Shown here one piece after another: positions 8,224 through 15,331 of a DNA stretch of 64,000 nucleotides; the stretch's first letter is position 1; each line of letters starts with the position of its first letter. The translations under genes and the position numbers were made by a program. The notes beneath the pieces were generated by a model that worked only from the letters and a program-made list of their open reading frames with translations, was not told the DNA's origin and ran no database searches. Source of the DNA: a virus (taxonomy: Duplodnaviria > Heunggongvirae > Uroviricota > Caudoviricetes); the IMG/VR virus record IMGVR_UViG_3300044295_000306. One strand, 5' to 3'.

Positions 8224-8740
8224 TTATTGTTAATATTATTGTTTCATCTGTATTAATCTGTATTTTATCTCTTTTTCTCTTTAATGTCAATTCTTCAAAA
8301 GAAATATATTTTCTATCATAATAAGAATCAAATAATCTTACTCTCTCTTTAGCCAAATCAACATTAGATACTACACTCCAATGATACCAAGGATTACTTA
8401 TAGAAATTATAGCAATGTTATCATCACTCTTACTTAGTTCTTCATATAAACAAGCAAGATATTCTTCAATACAATCAAAATGATCCAATTCAAATGTCTG
8501 ATCATATTTTATTTTTGAAAAACCTTTTTGCTTCTTTAATACATTTAGAAGAAATATAATATCTTCAACATAAGAACCTTGAATATATCTCATATGGAAT
8601 GTTCGTGCTTTTACTGTAATCAATTTATTCAGTATATTCTCAGCTTTTTTTGTTGTTAGTTCTTTCTTATAATGTAAAGCATTGATTATTGAATAAAATC
8701 CACACATTCCATCTAAACTTCCTTGCTTAAATGCTTCCAT
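8219..8740 (-). CDS. hypothetical protein, possible papain-like cysteine peptidase fold
   Basis: GMCGFYSIINAL N-terminal Cys motif and downstream His; weak. Confidence 0.3.
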   Translation of the reverse strand: MEAFKQGSLDGMCGFYSIINALHYKKELTTKKAENILNKLITVKARTFHMRYIQGSYVEDIIFLLNVLKKQKGFSKIKYDQTFELDHFDCIEEYLACLYEELSKSDDNIAIISISNPWYHWSVVSNVDLAKERVRLFDSYYDRKYISFEELTLKRKRDKIQINTDETIILTIR

Positions 8741-8756
8741 GATATAACTTTCAAAG

Positions 8757-8831
8757 TGGTACCACCTGAAGGAATCAAACCCTCAATTCAAGGTCCGTAG
8801 CCAAGCGTGATATTCGTTTCACCAAGGTGGT
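8757..8831 (-). tRNA. tRNA-Arg(ACG) (anticodon stem with U.U mismatches)
   Basis: acceptor ACCACCU/AGGUGGU, D-stem GUGA/UCAC, loop CUACGGA, T-arm GAGGG-UUUGAUU-CCUUC, CCA. Confidence 0.5.
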
Positions 8832-8837
8832 ATTAAT

Positions 8838-8925
8838 TGGTGCTGGGCACAGGATTCGAACCTGCGTAGGAATTTCTTCCGCTTGCTTACAAGGCAAGTG
8901 CTTTTAGCCACTCAGCCAACCCAGC
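8838..8925 (-). tRNA. type-II (Ser/Leu-like body) tRNA with anticodon UGU (non-canonical)
   Basis: acceptor GCUGGGU/GCCCAGC, D-region UGGCUGAGUGGCUAAAAGC Ser-like, anticodon stem CUUGC/GCAAG loop CUUGUAA, variable arm CGGAAGAAAUUCCUAC, A73, CCA. Confidence 0.5.
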
Positions 8926-8929
8926 ATAT

Positions 8930-9004
8930 TGGTGGAGACTGGGGGAGTCGAACCCCCGACTTCGCGGTGCAAGCGCAATGTTTTCCCAACTATACTAAGT
9001 CCCC
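8930..9004 (-). tRNA. tRNA-Ala(UGC)
   Basis: acceptor GGGGACU/AGUCUCC (G3.U70), anticodon stem UUGCG/CGCGA loop CUUGCAC, T-arm GGGGG-UUCGACU-CCCCC, CCA. Confidence 0.6.
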
Positions 9005-9117
9005 AAATTCTTTACGGTTACGAACTTCCGTAGTCATTTTATCGTAATGACCGATAGATTGTCGCAGACAACCCGAATAACACGCTATCGAGAAAGGATA
9101 ATATCAATAGAATTTCA

Positions 9118-9158
9118 ATGAAGTCTGTACATTATACTATATAACATTATTTTTGTCA
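9118..9158 (-). promoter_or_regulatory. internal sigma70-like promoter in tRNA cluster (TTGACA-17-TATAAT)
   Basis: RC CCAGTTGACAAAAATAATGTTATATAGTATAATGTACAG. Confidence 0.5.
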
Positions 9159-9160
9159 AC

Positions 9161-9238
9161 TGGTAGGAATGGAGGGATTCGAACCCATCACTTGGCAGAT
9201 TAAAAGTCTGCTGTGCTAACCGTTAACACTACATTCCC
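9161..9238 (-). tRNA. tRNA-Lys(UUU)
   Basis: acceptor GGGAAUG/CAUUCCU, D-stem GUGU/GCAC, anticodon stem GCAGA/UCUGC loop CUUUUAA, T-arm UUCGAAU loop, CCA. Confidence 0.6.
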
Positions 9239-9244
9239 AATTCA

Positions 9245-9320
9245 TGGTGGAGACAGAGGGACTTGAACCCATCAACCTCCCGGTTAAGAGCCGGTTACTC
9301 TACCATTGAGTTATATCTCC
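9245..9320 (-). tRNA. tRNA-Lys(CUU)
   Basis: acceptor GGAGAUA/UGUCUCC, D-stem ACUC/GAGU, loop CUCUUAA, T-loop UUCAAGU, CCA. Confidence 0.55.
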
Positions 9321-9326
9321 ATTTCT

Positions 9327-9404
9327 TGGAGTAGTGAGTCGGAATCGAACCGACGGCTTTAGAGTTTTGCAGACTCTTGCATTGGGCCTCTCTGCCATCA
9401 CTAC
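9327..9404 (-). tRNA. tRNA-Cys(GCA)
   Basis: acceptor GUAGUGA/UCACUAC, anticodon stem AGAGU/ACUCU loop CUGCAAA, T-arm GUCGG-UUCGAUU-CCGAC, U73, CCA. Confidence 0.6.
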
Positions 9405-9412
9405 ATTATTTT

Positions 9413-9496
9413 TGGTGCCCGAAGAGGGACTTGAACCCCCACGCCTTGCGGCACATGCTTCTAAGACATGCGTGGCTGCCATTACACCATTCGGGC
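9413..9496 (-). tRNA. tRNA-Leu(UAG)
   Basis: acceptor GCCCGAA/UUCGGGC, anticodon stem CAUGU/GCAUG loop CUUAGAA, long variable arm, T-arm GGGGG-UUCAAGU-CCCUC, A73, CCA. Confidence 0.65.
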
Positions 9497-9503
9497 AATA
9501 CAT

Positions 9504-9597
9504 TGGTGGAAGATAGAGGATTCGAACCTCTGGTCCGATTTTCATCGGACTACGATTTAGCAAATCGCTGCAATCGACCGGACTCTGCCAATCTTCC
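9504..9597 (-). tRNA. tRNA-Ser(GCU)
   Basis: acceptor GGAAGAU/AUCUUCC, anticodon stem GCGAU/AUCGU loop UUGCUAA, long variable arm GUCCGAU..AUCGGAC, T-arm AGAGG-UUCGAAU-CCUCU, CCA. Confidence 0.65.
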
Positions 9598-9604
9598 TTA
9601 ATTT

Positions 9605-9681
9605 TGGTTGCGGGAAACAGGAGTCGAACCTGATATCTCTGGCTTATGAGACCAGTATGTAAACCGTTTCACTCTCCCGCA
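9605..9681 (-). tRNA. tRNA with CAU anticodon (second copy; Met or Ile2)
   Basis: acceptor UGCGGGA/UCCCGCA, anticodon stem CUGGU/GCCAG loop CUCAUAA, T-loop UUCGACU, CCA. Confidence 0.55.
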
Positions 9682-9687
9682 TTTGTT

Positions 9688-9740
9688 TGGTGGTAGGCCA
9701 ACTATCTCATGAAAATAGTCGAATCCGGAATATGCCTACC
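9688..9740 (-). other. 53-nt tRNA-like minihelix / truncated tRNA pseudogene
   Basis: perfect 7-bp acceptor stem GGUAGGC/GCCUACC plus ACCA, single internal 5-bp hairpin ACUAU-UUUCAUGAG-AUAGU, no D- or T-arm. Confidence 0.4.
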
Positions 9741-9746
9741 GTTGAT

Positions 9747-9832
9747 TGGTGCGTCAGGTAGGATTCGAACCTACTCAGCCTGAGGCGACGGATTTACAGT
9801 CCGTTGTAACTCTCCCACTTTACCGCTGACGC
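9747..9832 (-). tRNA. tRNA-Tyr(GUA), bacterial type with long variable arm
   Basis: acceptor GCGUCAG/CUGACGC, D-stem GUAA/UUAC, anticodon stem ACGGA/UCCGU loop CUGUAAA, variable stem CCU/AGG, T-arm GUAGG-UUCGAAU-CCUAC, A73, CCA. Confidence 0.65.
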
Positions 9833-9852
9833 ATTGTTAGTTTGCTCAATTC

Positions 9853-9928
9853 TGGTCTCTCTAAAAGGATTTGAACCTTTACCTCATGCTCCCAAAGCAC
9901 GAACGCTGCCAGATTACGCCATAGAGAG
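9853..9928 (-). tRNA. tRNA-Pro(UGG)
   Basis: acceptor CUCUCUA/UAGAGAG, anticodon stem CGUGC/GCAUG loop UUUGGGA (G37), T-arm AAAGG-UUCAAAU-CCUUU, CCA. Confidence 0.6.
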
Positions 9929-10099
9929 ATATCTATCTATATAAGATTGAATTTCATTCTTATATCTGCTGTGCATATATTGAATTCTTGGGAGGATTAT
10001 TTTAGTGCCTCCCGGTCACCATCATCAACGCATTACCGTTTACCCCATGCTCGGTTATTTTCACGGCTTTCTTTGACTTAAATTAAAAGATGATCCTTT

Positions 10100-10214
10100 T
10101 ACGATATGTGGCCACACGCCGCGGACCCACGGCCCTATATCAACCCAATAGGAAAGGATCATTGACTGGCGCCGATACGGGGTTACGATCCCCGACTATA
10201 GCCTTGACAGGGCC
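10100..10214. other. GC-rich structured island inside AT-rich tRNA cluster, contains plus-strand promoter
   Basis: local GC far above background; GGCCCUAUA...UAUAG..GGGCC long-range stem; GGGG-TTACGAT-CCCC hairpin; TTGACA-18-TACACT facing the plus-strand ORF. Confidence 0.35.
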
Positions 10215-10553
10215 ATGTGCAGACCACTACACTATATCGGCTTTATATATAACTTTATGATTTATTATTACATTATGGTCGACCCTGATAAACCTAATAA
10301 ATGTAAATTAGGTATCACTAAAGATCCACAACAACGTATTAAAGCTTATAAAACGGCTGCTCCTAATTGCTATTTCTTAGCAGTCTATATTATACCTGAA
10401 AAATATCACGAAAAACGTATTCTTGATATCATTAAAGATGTTTTTCGTGTTGAAAGTGAATATGTTCATTGTCCACCTTCTCTTATTAAAAACATCGTTG
10501 AATGTTATTTTACAGATAATAACATTATTACTGGCGGAGAGGGAGGGACTTGA
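10215..10553 (+). CDS. T5orf172/GIY-YIG-superfamily homing-endonuclease-like protein (true start probably near 10275)
   Basis: KCKLGITKDPQQRIKAYKT motif; plus strand; 3' end overlaps minus-strand tRNA-Ser. Confidence 0.4.
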   Translation: MCRPLHYIGFIYNFMIYYYIMVDPDKPNKCKLGITKDPQQRIKAYKTAAPNCYFLAVYIIPEKYHEKRILDIIKDVFRVESEYVHCPPSLIKNIVECYFTDNNIITGGEGGT

Positions 10554-10625
10554 ACCCCCACACCCCTTACAGGGGCCCTCTGTTTTCAAGACAGCTGCCG
10601 CTAGGCCAACTCGGCTAACCTCTCC
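10532..10625 (-). tRNA. tRNA-Ser(UGA)
   Basis: acceptor GGAGAGG/CCUCUCC, loop CUUGAAA, long variable arm, T-arm GGGGG-UUCAAGU-CCCUC, G73, CCA. Confidence 0.6.
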
Positions 10626-10631
10626 TAATTC

Positions 10632-10704
10632 TGGAGCGTCCAGGCGGATTCGAACCGTCTCCGACAGCTTGGAAGGCTGTGTCCTCTCCCAGGAGAATGA
10701 ACGC
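10632..10704 (-). tRNA. tRNA-Gly(UCC)
   Basis: acceptor GCGUUCA/UGGACGC, anticodon stem ACAGC/GCUGU loop CUUCCAA, T-arm GACGG-UUCGAAU-CCGCC, U73, CCA. Confidence 0.55.
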
Positions 10705-10711
10705 ATATTCT

Positions 10712-10785
10712 TGGCAGCCCCGCTTGGAATCGAACCAAGATCGATAGATTCAAAATCTATTGTTTTACCATTACACTACGAGGCA
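10712..10785 (-). tRNA. tRNA-Gln(UUG)
   Basis: acceptor (U)GCCUCG/CGGGGCU, anticodon stem AUAGA/UCUAU loop UUUUGAA, T-arm CUUGG-UUCGAUU-CCAAG, G73, CCA. Confidence 0.55.
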
Positions 10786-10794
10786 ATTGTCTGA

Positions 10795-10819
10795 CTCCGC
10801 CCAGAGGAATCGAACCTCT
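10795..10819 (-). pseudogene. tRNA 3' fragment (T-arm plus 3' acceptor strand only)
   Basis: AGAGG-UUCGAUU-CCUCU T-arm followed by GGGCGGA with no matching 5' acceptor strand. Confidence 0.35.
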
Positions 10820-10845
10820 CTAATACGGAATCATATTATGATTTG

Positions 10846-10920
10846 CTGACCGAGCTGGAATCGAACCAGCCTATTCTTGATTAACAGTCAAGCCCGCCTC
10901 ACCTTGAACGGTATCGGTCA
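10846..10920 (-). tRNA. tRNA-Asn(GUU), no encoded CCA, embedded in 21-bp extended helix
   Basis: acceptor UGACCGA/UCGGUCA continued by perfect flanking inverted repeat ATATTATGATTTGC (10833-10846) / GCAAATCATAATAT (10921-10934); anticodon stem CUUGA/UCAAG loop CUGUUAA; T-arm GCUGG-UUCGAUU-CCAGC. Confidence 0.55.
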
Positions 10921-11065
10921 GCAAATCATAATATTTTCATTTCTTCTATACCATATTGAAATGCTCAACTTTTTCAGATTGACTAGAAATTGTAGATCAG
11001 TGTTGGCTGCCACCAACTAATCATCTAACCCCTTTTGGCAGTTAGAGGCTTAAGCATTTCAATAT

Positions 11066-11140
11066 GCAAACTCATTGTAGGCAGGACTCGAACCTGCAAG
11101 TGGCGTTTATTTCCACCGGCCCTCAATGAGAGCCTATGTT
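11066..11140 (-). other. degenerate tRNA-like element (acceptor-like stem + T-arm, no D-arm)
   Basis: CUCAUUG/CAAUGAG 7-bp stem, T-arm GCAGG-UUCGAGU-CCUGC, internal GUGG..CCAC hairpin; lies between CCATATTGAA-type inverted repeats. Confidence 0.3.
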
Positions 11141-11212
11141 TATCCATTCCATCACTACGAGTTTCTGGGCTCATGACTTCCCAGTATGGAGCAGGGTAAT
11201 TAAGCCTGCTTT

Positions 11213-11349
11213 ACCATATTGAAGCATACTAAGGAGTTGAACCTCCTACAACCATTGTAAGGTTGTCCTCACCGAAGAAATATGACATTCAATAATTAAA
11301 TTCTGTGATCAGCAGGTTAATTATTGACTGCTAATATGCTTCAATATGG
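11213..11349 (-). other. tRNA-like element with ~40-nt insertion, enclosed by 14-bp inverted repeat
   Basis: CCATATTGAAGCAT (11213-11226) / ATGCTTCAATATGG (11336-11349) form acceptor-like 14-bp helix; internal ACAACC-UUACAAU-GGUUGU hairpin and AGGAG-GUUCAAC-CUCCU T-arm-like hairpin. Confidence 0.3.
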
Positions 11350-11425
11350 CGCTCTCACGGGGATTCGAACCCACGCTTTCTGCCTTGAAAGGGCAGCGTC
11401 CTCAATACCAATAGACGATGAGAGC
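11347..11425 (-). tRNA. tRNA-Glu(UUC)
   Basis: acceptor GCUCUCA/UGAGAGC, anticodon stem CUGCC/GGCAG loop CUUUCAA, T-loop UUCGAAU, G73, CCA. Confidence 0.55.
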
Positions 11426-11452
11426 AAGTGTTTCCTAATTGTTAAAGAGCAC

Positions 11453-11490
11453 TACAAAAACAAAACCCCAAGCTTTTTAGACTTGGGGTT
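11453..11490 (-). terminator. Rho-independent terminator (minus strand)
   Basis: AACCCCAAG-UCUAAAAAG-CUUGGGGUU 9-bp stem followed by UUUUGUUUUUGU on the minus strand; second hairpin GGGGUUUGUGU..ACACAAACCCC just upstream. Confidence 0.55.
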
Positions 11491-11515
11491 TGTGTTAAAA
11501 CTTTTATTACCTACT

Positions 11516-11620
11516 TCACACAAACCCCTTCAAAAATCCAGCATATAGTTGATCGCATGTTGAGCGATTACCTAATGTCCAAATTGTTGATTGTTCGGGC
11601 TTATTCATTATCGATTTCAT
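11516..11620 (-). CDS. candidate leaderless 34-codon micro-ORF within a ~170-nt promoter-to-terminator transcript
   Basis: ATG lies ~7 nt after the -10 box of the promoter at 11627-11655; MKSIMNKPEQSTIWTLGNRSTCDQLYAGFLKGFV. Confidence 0.25.
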   Translation of the reverse strand: MKSIMNKPEQSTIWTLGNRSTCDQLYAGFLKGFV

Positions 11621-11626
11621 GTAACT

Positions 11627-11655
11627 ATTATACCTTAATATCTCTATTTTGTCAA
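11627..11655 (-). promoter_or_regulatory. sigma70-like promoter (TTGACA-17-TATAAT)
   Basis: RC GCTTGACAAAATAGAGATATTAAGGTATAAT. Confidence 0.55.
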
Positions 11656-11668
11656 GCATTATTTCTAT

Positions 11669-11983
11669 TTATACAACATTTTCATCATAAGTAGCTGTTC
11701 CTAAAGAAAATTTGATGATTTTCATGGAATCCCACCTAATTGACCGCCATTCTTTCTTATCTAGATCAACAACAGCAATAACATCTTTAGAAACACGCCT
11801 GCTAGATGGCTTAGTCGCATCAAATGAAGGTACATCATTCTCATTCAATGAACAACGCATTACTCTTTCGGTACCATCTTTCTTAGTAAAAGTTACTTCA
11901 ACTTCTTCTGTTCTAAGTAACTGTTTAAACCATTCTTTCTTATAATCATTCCGAAAATTAAACTTTCCCATTACTTTCTCCAA
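11669..11983 (-). CDS. hypothetical protein
   Basis: 104-aa minus ORF. Confidence 0.4.
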   Translation of the reverse strand: MEKVMGKFNFRNDYKKEWFKQLLRTEEVEVTFTKKDGTERVMRCSLNENDVPSFDATKPSSRRVSKDVIAVVDLDKKEWRSIRWDSMKIIKFSLGTATYDENVV

Positions 11984-12392
11984 TCGTTTGAGCGTATTCT
12001 TTTAATTTTTTAATCATACTACGCCCCAAGATTTTAGTCAAGTAATCTTTGATCCAAATATCGGACTTTTCGGTTTTCCTCAATACACAACCACCATATA
12101 CTGTTCTATTACTTAAACTCATTACATGACTAATATACACATGAGGTTCTAAAAGAATAGCCTCAAAGTTATCATCTAACTCAAAAATACCATTCTCATC
12201 CTCTTTTAGAAAAACAACATGCCACATATCCCCTAAAGGAGATCCTGAATCAATCCTTTCTCCACGCTCAGAATCATCATTATACTTAAAGAAATATGTA
12301 TTAAATCCTGATTCTTCCTTTTCTCTAAAAGGAACAAAATAAAATCCATCATAATCTTCCTGTGACGTAACATCACTCATAATACTTACCAC
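11958..12392 (-). CDS. hypothetical protein
   Basis: 144-aa minus ORF. Confidence 0.4.
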   Translation of the reverse strand: MVSIMSDVTSQEDYDGFYFVPFREKEESGFNTYFFKYNDDSERGERIDSGSPLGDMWHVVFLKEDENGIFELDDNFEAILLEPHVYISHVMSLSNRTVYGGCVLRKTEKSDIWIKDYLTKILGRSMIKKLKEYAQTIGESNGKV

Positions 12393-13152
12393 GACGCAAT
12401 GCGTCTTTATCCTTCTTTCGATTATAAAGTTTCTTCAAAGGAACAACCCGTTGCCGATACTTGGGCTCACGAACTTCCTTAGCATACTGATTACGCATTT
12501 TCTATAACCTCACAATTGAATAATAAACTGACAGACAAATAAAATAAATCGCCACATATGTCATTGCCCTAACTCTCCACATCATCGCAGCAAAAAACAT
12601 TCCAAGCATGAATGAAAATATATTCAAACTCTGAAATGATATGTTTAGTAAGGCATAATTTTCCATATAATTATATTATTATTCCGTATATTTGTCAAGC
12701 CAATATAAAATCTTCAGCAAAATCCTCAGCATTGCTAAGTGTATGAAAATTAACGATTTTTACAACATAACCCTCTTCCACACATTCCGTCTTATATTTA
12801 AAGGTACTTCCTTTCGCATTCATCAATACAACAGAATACTTAGTCGAATCATCATTAAGATACTGAGAAATAATATTAGTCATTTTTAAGATCACTTAAT
12901 CCAATATGAATGAAAATAAACCCTAACGTAATAAAGAACATTATAAATGTCAAAGAACTATCTGTATGCGATTCAAAATAACTAGTAATTGACATAATCA
13001 AAACAAATCCTACAATACATTCAACAATACCTGATTTCATCTGAAAATCTCTTCAACAATAAAAATAATAACAAACCACTCAACTAATGTAAATCTACAT
13101 ATAATCCAATAATACCATTTATAACCAGTGAGTCTTTCGTGTAATGTCAGTT

Positions 13153-14463
13153 TCATTTTATATTACTAGATGAATCAGCTTTATCCTTATCAGCACGAAG
13201 TTCAATAAAGATTGGTAAAAACAAACTCTCATTACCAGTCTTTACATCCTTGATTCTTGCATTATACTTGATAGCACAAATTCCACCAATTACATCTTCC
13301 TTAATAGATTCTCTATCACAATCAGTAAATCCAGATCCAACAGATACATTAATAACATTATCAGATGAAGCAAGGATCAATGCACCAAGTTTACCGATAT
13401 TCTTACCAGTTCCTTCTTGCCAACCAACAATCCTTAAATCACATTCCAATTCACCCTTCATCTTGATTTGATGCTTGACTCTTTTATTTTCCCATGGAGA
13501 TTCCAGATTCTTGATAATCAATCCTTCTTCACCACGCTCAAGCATTCTATTAAATAATCCATTAGCTTCATCAAAACTATTAATAGAGTAATACTCAACC
13601 AATCGAATCTTCTTATTATCCATTACCTTTTCAAGAAGATAATCAAATCTTTTCTTATACGAAACATTACTCTTACCATTCCTAAAGTCTTGAATAGGAA
13701 TAATGTCCCACAATGTAGCGGTTACGGTACTTGCTTCTTTTGTAGTAATAGTACCCTTAAGTGTTTTAGAGAGAATACCATTTGATGTTTGTCGATTAAG
13801 GAATTTACCTTTTTCATCACAACAAATCAATTCGCCATCAAATACAACATTCTTTCCATCTGCTAGTTTAATGAATTCTTTTTCAAGATATCCAAGGAGA
13901 TCAATCTCTTTACCATTCCTAGTACGAAAATCTACCTTGTTATTGTTACAAATAGCATTAAATCTCATTCCATCAAGCTTCAATTGAGCAATAGCTGGGA
14001 ATTTAATGTATTTGTTTGATTTATCACTATACTGATCACATAGCATTACTGGATATTCAGGAATAAGATTCTTCCAAATCTTGTTCACAGTCTTACCAGA
14101 TACACCACATCGCAAATCTTTACTCAAAATCATTGCGAAAATCTTTGCTTCATCTTCAGGTAATTGACCTAATGTTCTTGATACCAGATCAATAGCAGCA
14201 TTTCCAGTTACATCCCGATTAGAAAGCATTTCCAATACATCAAAAATATAATCAAAATGAACTTTCTGCTCAGATTCACTATAATCAGGAATCTTTCGAA
14301 TATAATAATTCTTCATCGGATTCAATGCAGCATCAAATACCCGTTGAAGTACCTTATTTTTCATGTTCTTCCTAAGAATGTCCTCCTTAGCAAGTCTAGA
14401 TGAATTATCAGTAAGTTCTTGAATAATTTTAAATACCATTTTATACTCTTTTTCTCTACACAA
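13153..14463 (-). CDS. ATP-dependent DNA ligase
   Basis: nucleotidyltransferase motifs KLDGMR (I), FDGELI (III), EGLIIK (IV), KHQIKMK (V). Confidence 0.8.
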   Translation of the reverse strand: MCREKEYKMVFKIIQELTDNSSRLAKEDILRKNMKNKVLQRVFDAALNPMKNYYIRKIPDYSESEQKVHFDYIFDVLEMLSNRDVTGNAAIDLVSRTLGQLPEDEAKIFAMILSKDLRCGVSGKTVNKIWKNLIPEYPVMLCDQYSDKSNKYIKFPAIAQLKLDGMRFNAICNNNKVDFRTRNGKEIDLLGYLEKEFIKLADGKNVVFDGELICCDEKGKFLNRQTSNGILSKTLKGTITTKEASTVTATLWDIIPIQDFRNGKSNVSYKKRFDYLLEKVMDNKKIRLVEYYSINSFDEANGLFNRMLERGEEGLIIKNLESPWENKRVKHQIKMKGELECDLRIVGWQEGTGKNIGKLGALILASSDNVINVSVGSGFTDCDRESIKEDVIGGICAIKYNARIKDVKTGNESLFLPIFIELRADKDKADSSSNIK

Positions 14464-14469
14464 CCATTA

Positions 14470-14505
14470 TACCATTCAATGAAAATCTTGTCAAGTAGTT
14501 ATTGG
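14470..14505 (-). promoter_or_regulatory. sigma70-like promoter (TTGACA-17-TATAAT) for DNA ligase
   Basis: RC CTACTTGACAAGATTTTCATTGAATGGTATAATGG. Confidence 0.5.
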
Positions 14506-14815
14506 TAAGATCCAAAAATAAGTTTATACCCACTCCTACCCCTAATCATCTCCATAGCCTGATTAAATGGAATATTCCTGAATACGATTTTCTTCCCATT
14601 TACCATAAAAACAACAGTTATTGTGTATTCTTTATACATTATGAAGCTTCCGATACAGAAATAATATCATATGCATAACCCGAATAGTCCATTTCAAAGA
14701 AATTCAATGCATCCATGGCATTTTCAGCATAAATCGTCGCAACTACATCACATTCATTAGCCTTATCATAGTAATTTACATAAAATTTCTTTTCTTCGCT
14801 CATCATAGTCCTCAT

Positions 14816-15040
14816 TTATACAAAAAGTCCTATTACATAACACAACAAAAGCCCAGCATTTACCGTAATCATAGCTTTTTCCCGTATCATTATCGACCAT
14901 ACGAGAAAAAGAAACGCCGAAATATTTAAAAGATATATGTTTAACGGATATACCCGAAAGGAAGTAGCGAGCGCACCTCCAAGACAAATAAAAACAGCAA
15001 CCCACTTGATAATAATAGCTCTCATGTCTCTTTCTCTCAT
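14816..15040 (-). CDS. small membrane protein
   Basis: two hydrophobic helices; short leader after promoter at 15051-15079. Confidence 0.35.
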   Translation of the reverse strand: MRERDMRAIIIKWVAVFICLGGALATSFRVYPLNIYLLNISAFLFLVWSIMIREKAMITVNAGLLLCYVIGLFV

Positions 15041-15050
15041 TTATAGCATT

Positions 15051-15079
15051 ATAATACTATAAAAAAGGACATTTGTCAA
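15051..15079 (-). promoter_or_regulatory. sigma70-like promoter (TTGACA-17-TATTAT)
   Basis: RC TTGACAAATGTCCTTTTTTATAGTATTAT. Confidence 0.5.
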
Positions 15080-15091
15080 GTATTATCCCAA

Positions 15092-15136
15092 ATATCGACA
15101 TCCTCGATATGTGTCAGATATCGACATCCTCGATAT
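15092..15136. promoter_or_regulatory. two tandem copies of a 19-bp palindrome ATATCGACATCCTCGATAT (candidate operator)
   Basis: 7-bp arms ATATCGA/TCGATAT with 5-bp spacer, copies at 15092-15110 and 15118-15136, 13 bp upstream of the -35 box. Confidence 0.45.
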
Positions 15137-15331
15137 TATAAGTCGTTGATTATATTAGATAAGTTTTCCAGTGCCTCTTTAGCAAGTTCAGCACATGGAC
15201 CAAGAATAATAGCATTTAATTCTGGATATGTATGCGTATCCAGACTCATTATCCTTGTTAAATACTCATGTATTAGTAAAATTTGATCATTACTCATATT
15301 ATAAGATCCTGTTTTTACTACTTATACATCA

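Noticed and set aside
10215-10274. ATG at 10215 as the start of the plus-strand HEG-like gene
   Set aside because: This ATG lies inside the predicted -35/-10 interval of the gene's own promoter. A downstream ATG near 10275 (MVDPDKPNKCKLG...) is more plausible.
3209-10794. Track ORFs overlapping tRNA genes (3209-3478, 5084-5515, 5188-5400, 7513-7728, 9300-9563, 9334-9516, 9377-9601, 10377-10706, 10423-10794)
   Set aside because: They run through well-formed tRNA cloverleaves. They are GC-rich only because of the tRNAs and have no start context.
6135-11425. Reading the GGG-ATTCGAA-CCC type T-arms as plus-strand tRNAs
   Set aside because: The palindromic T-stems fit both strands. However, only the minus strand gives the canonical UUCGAAU/UUCAAGU T-loop, matching acceptor stems and CCA ends.
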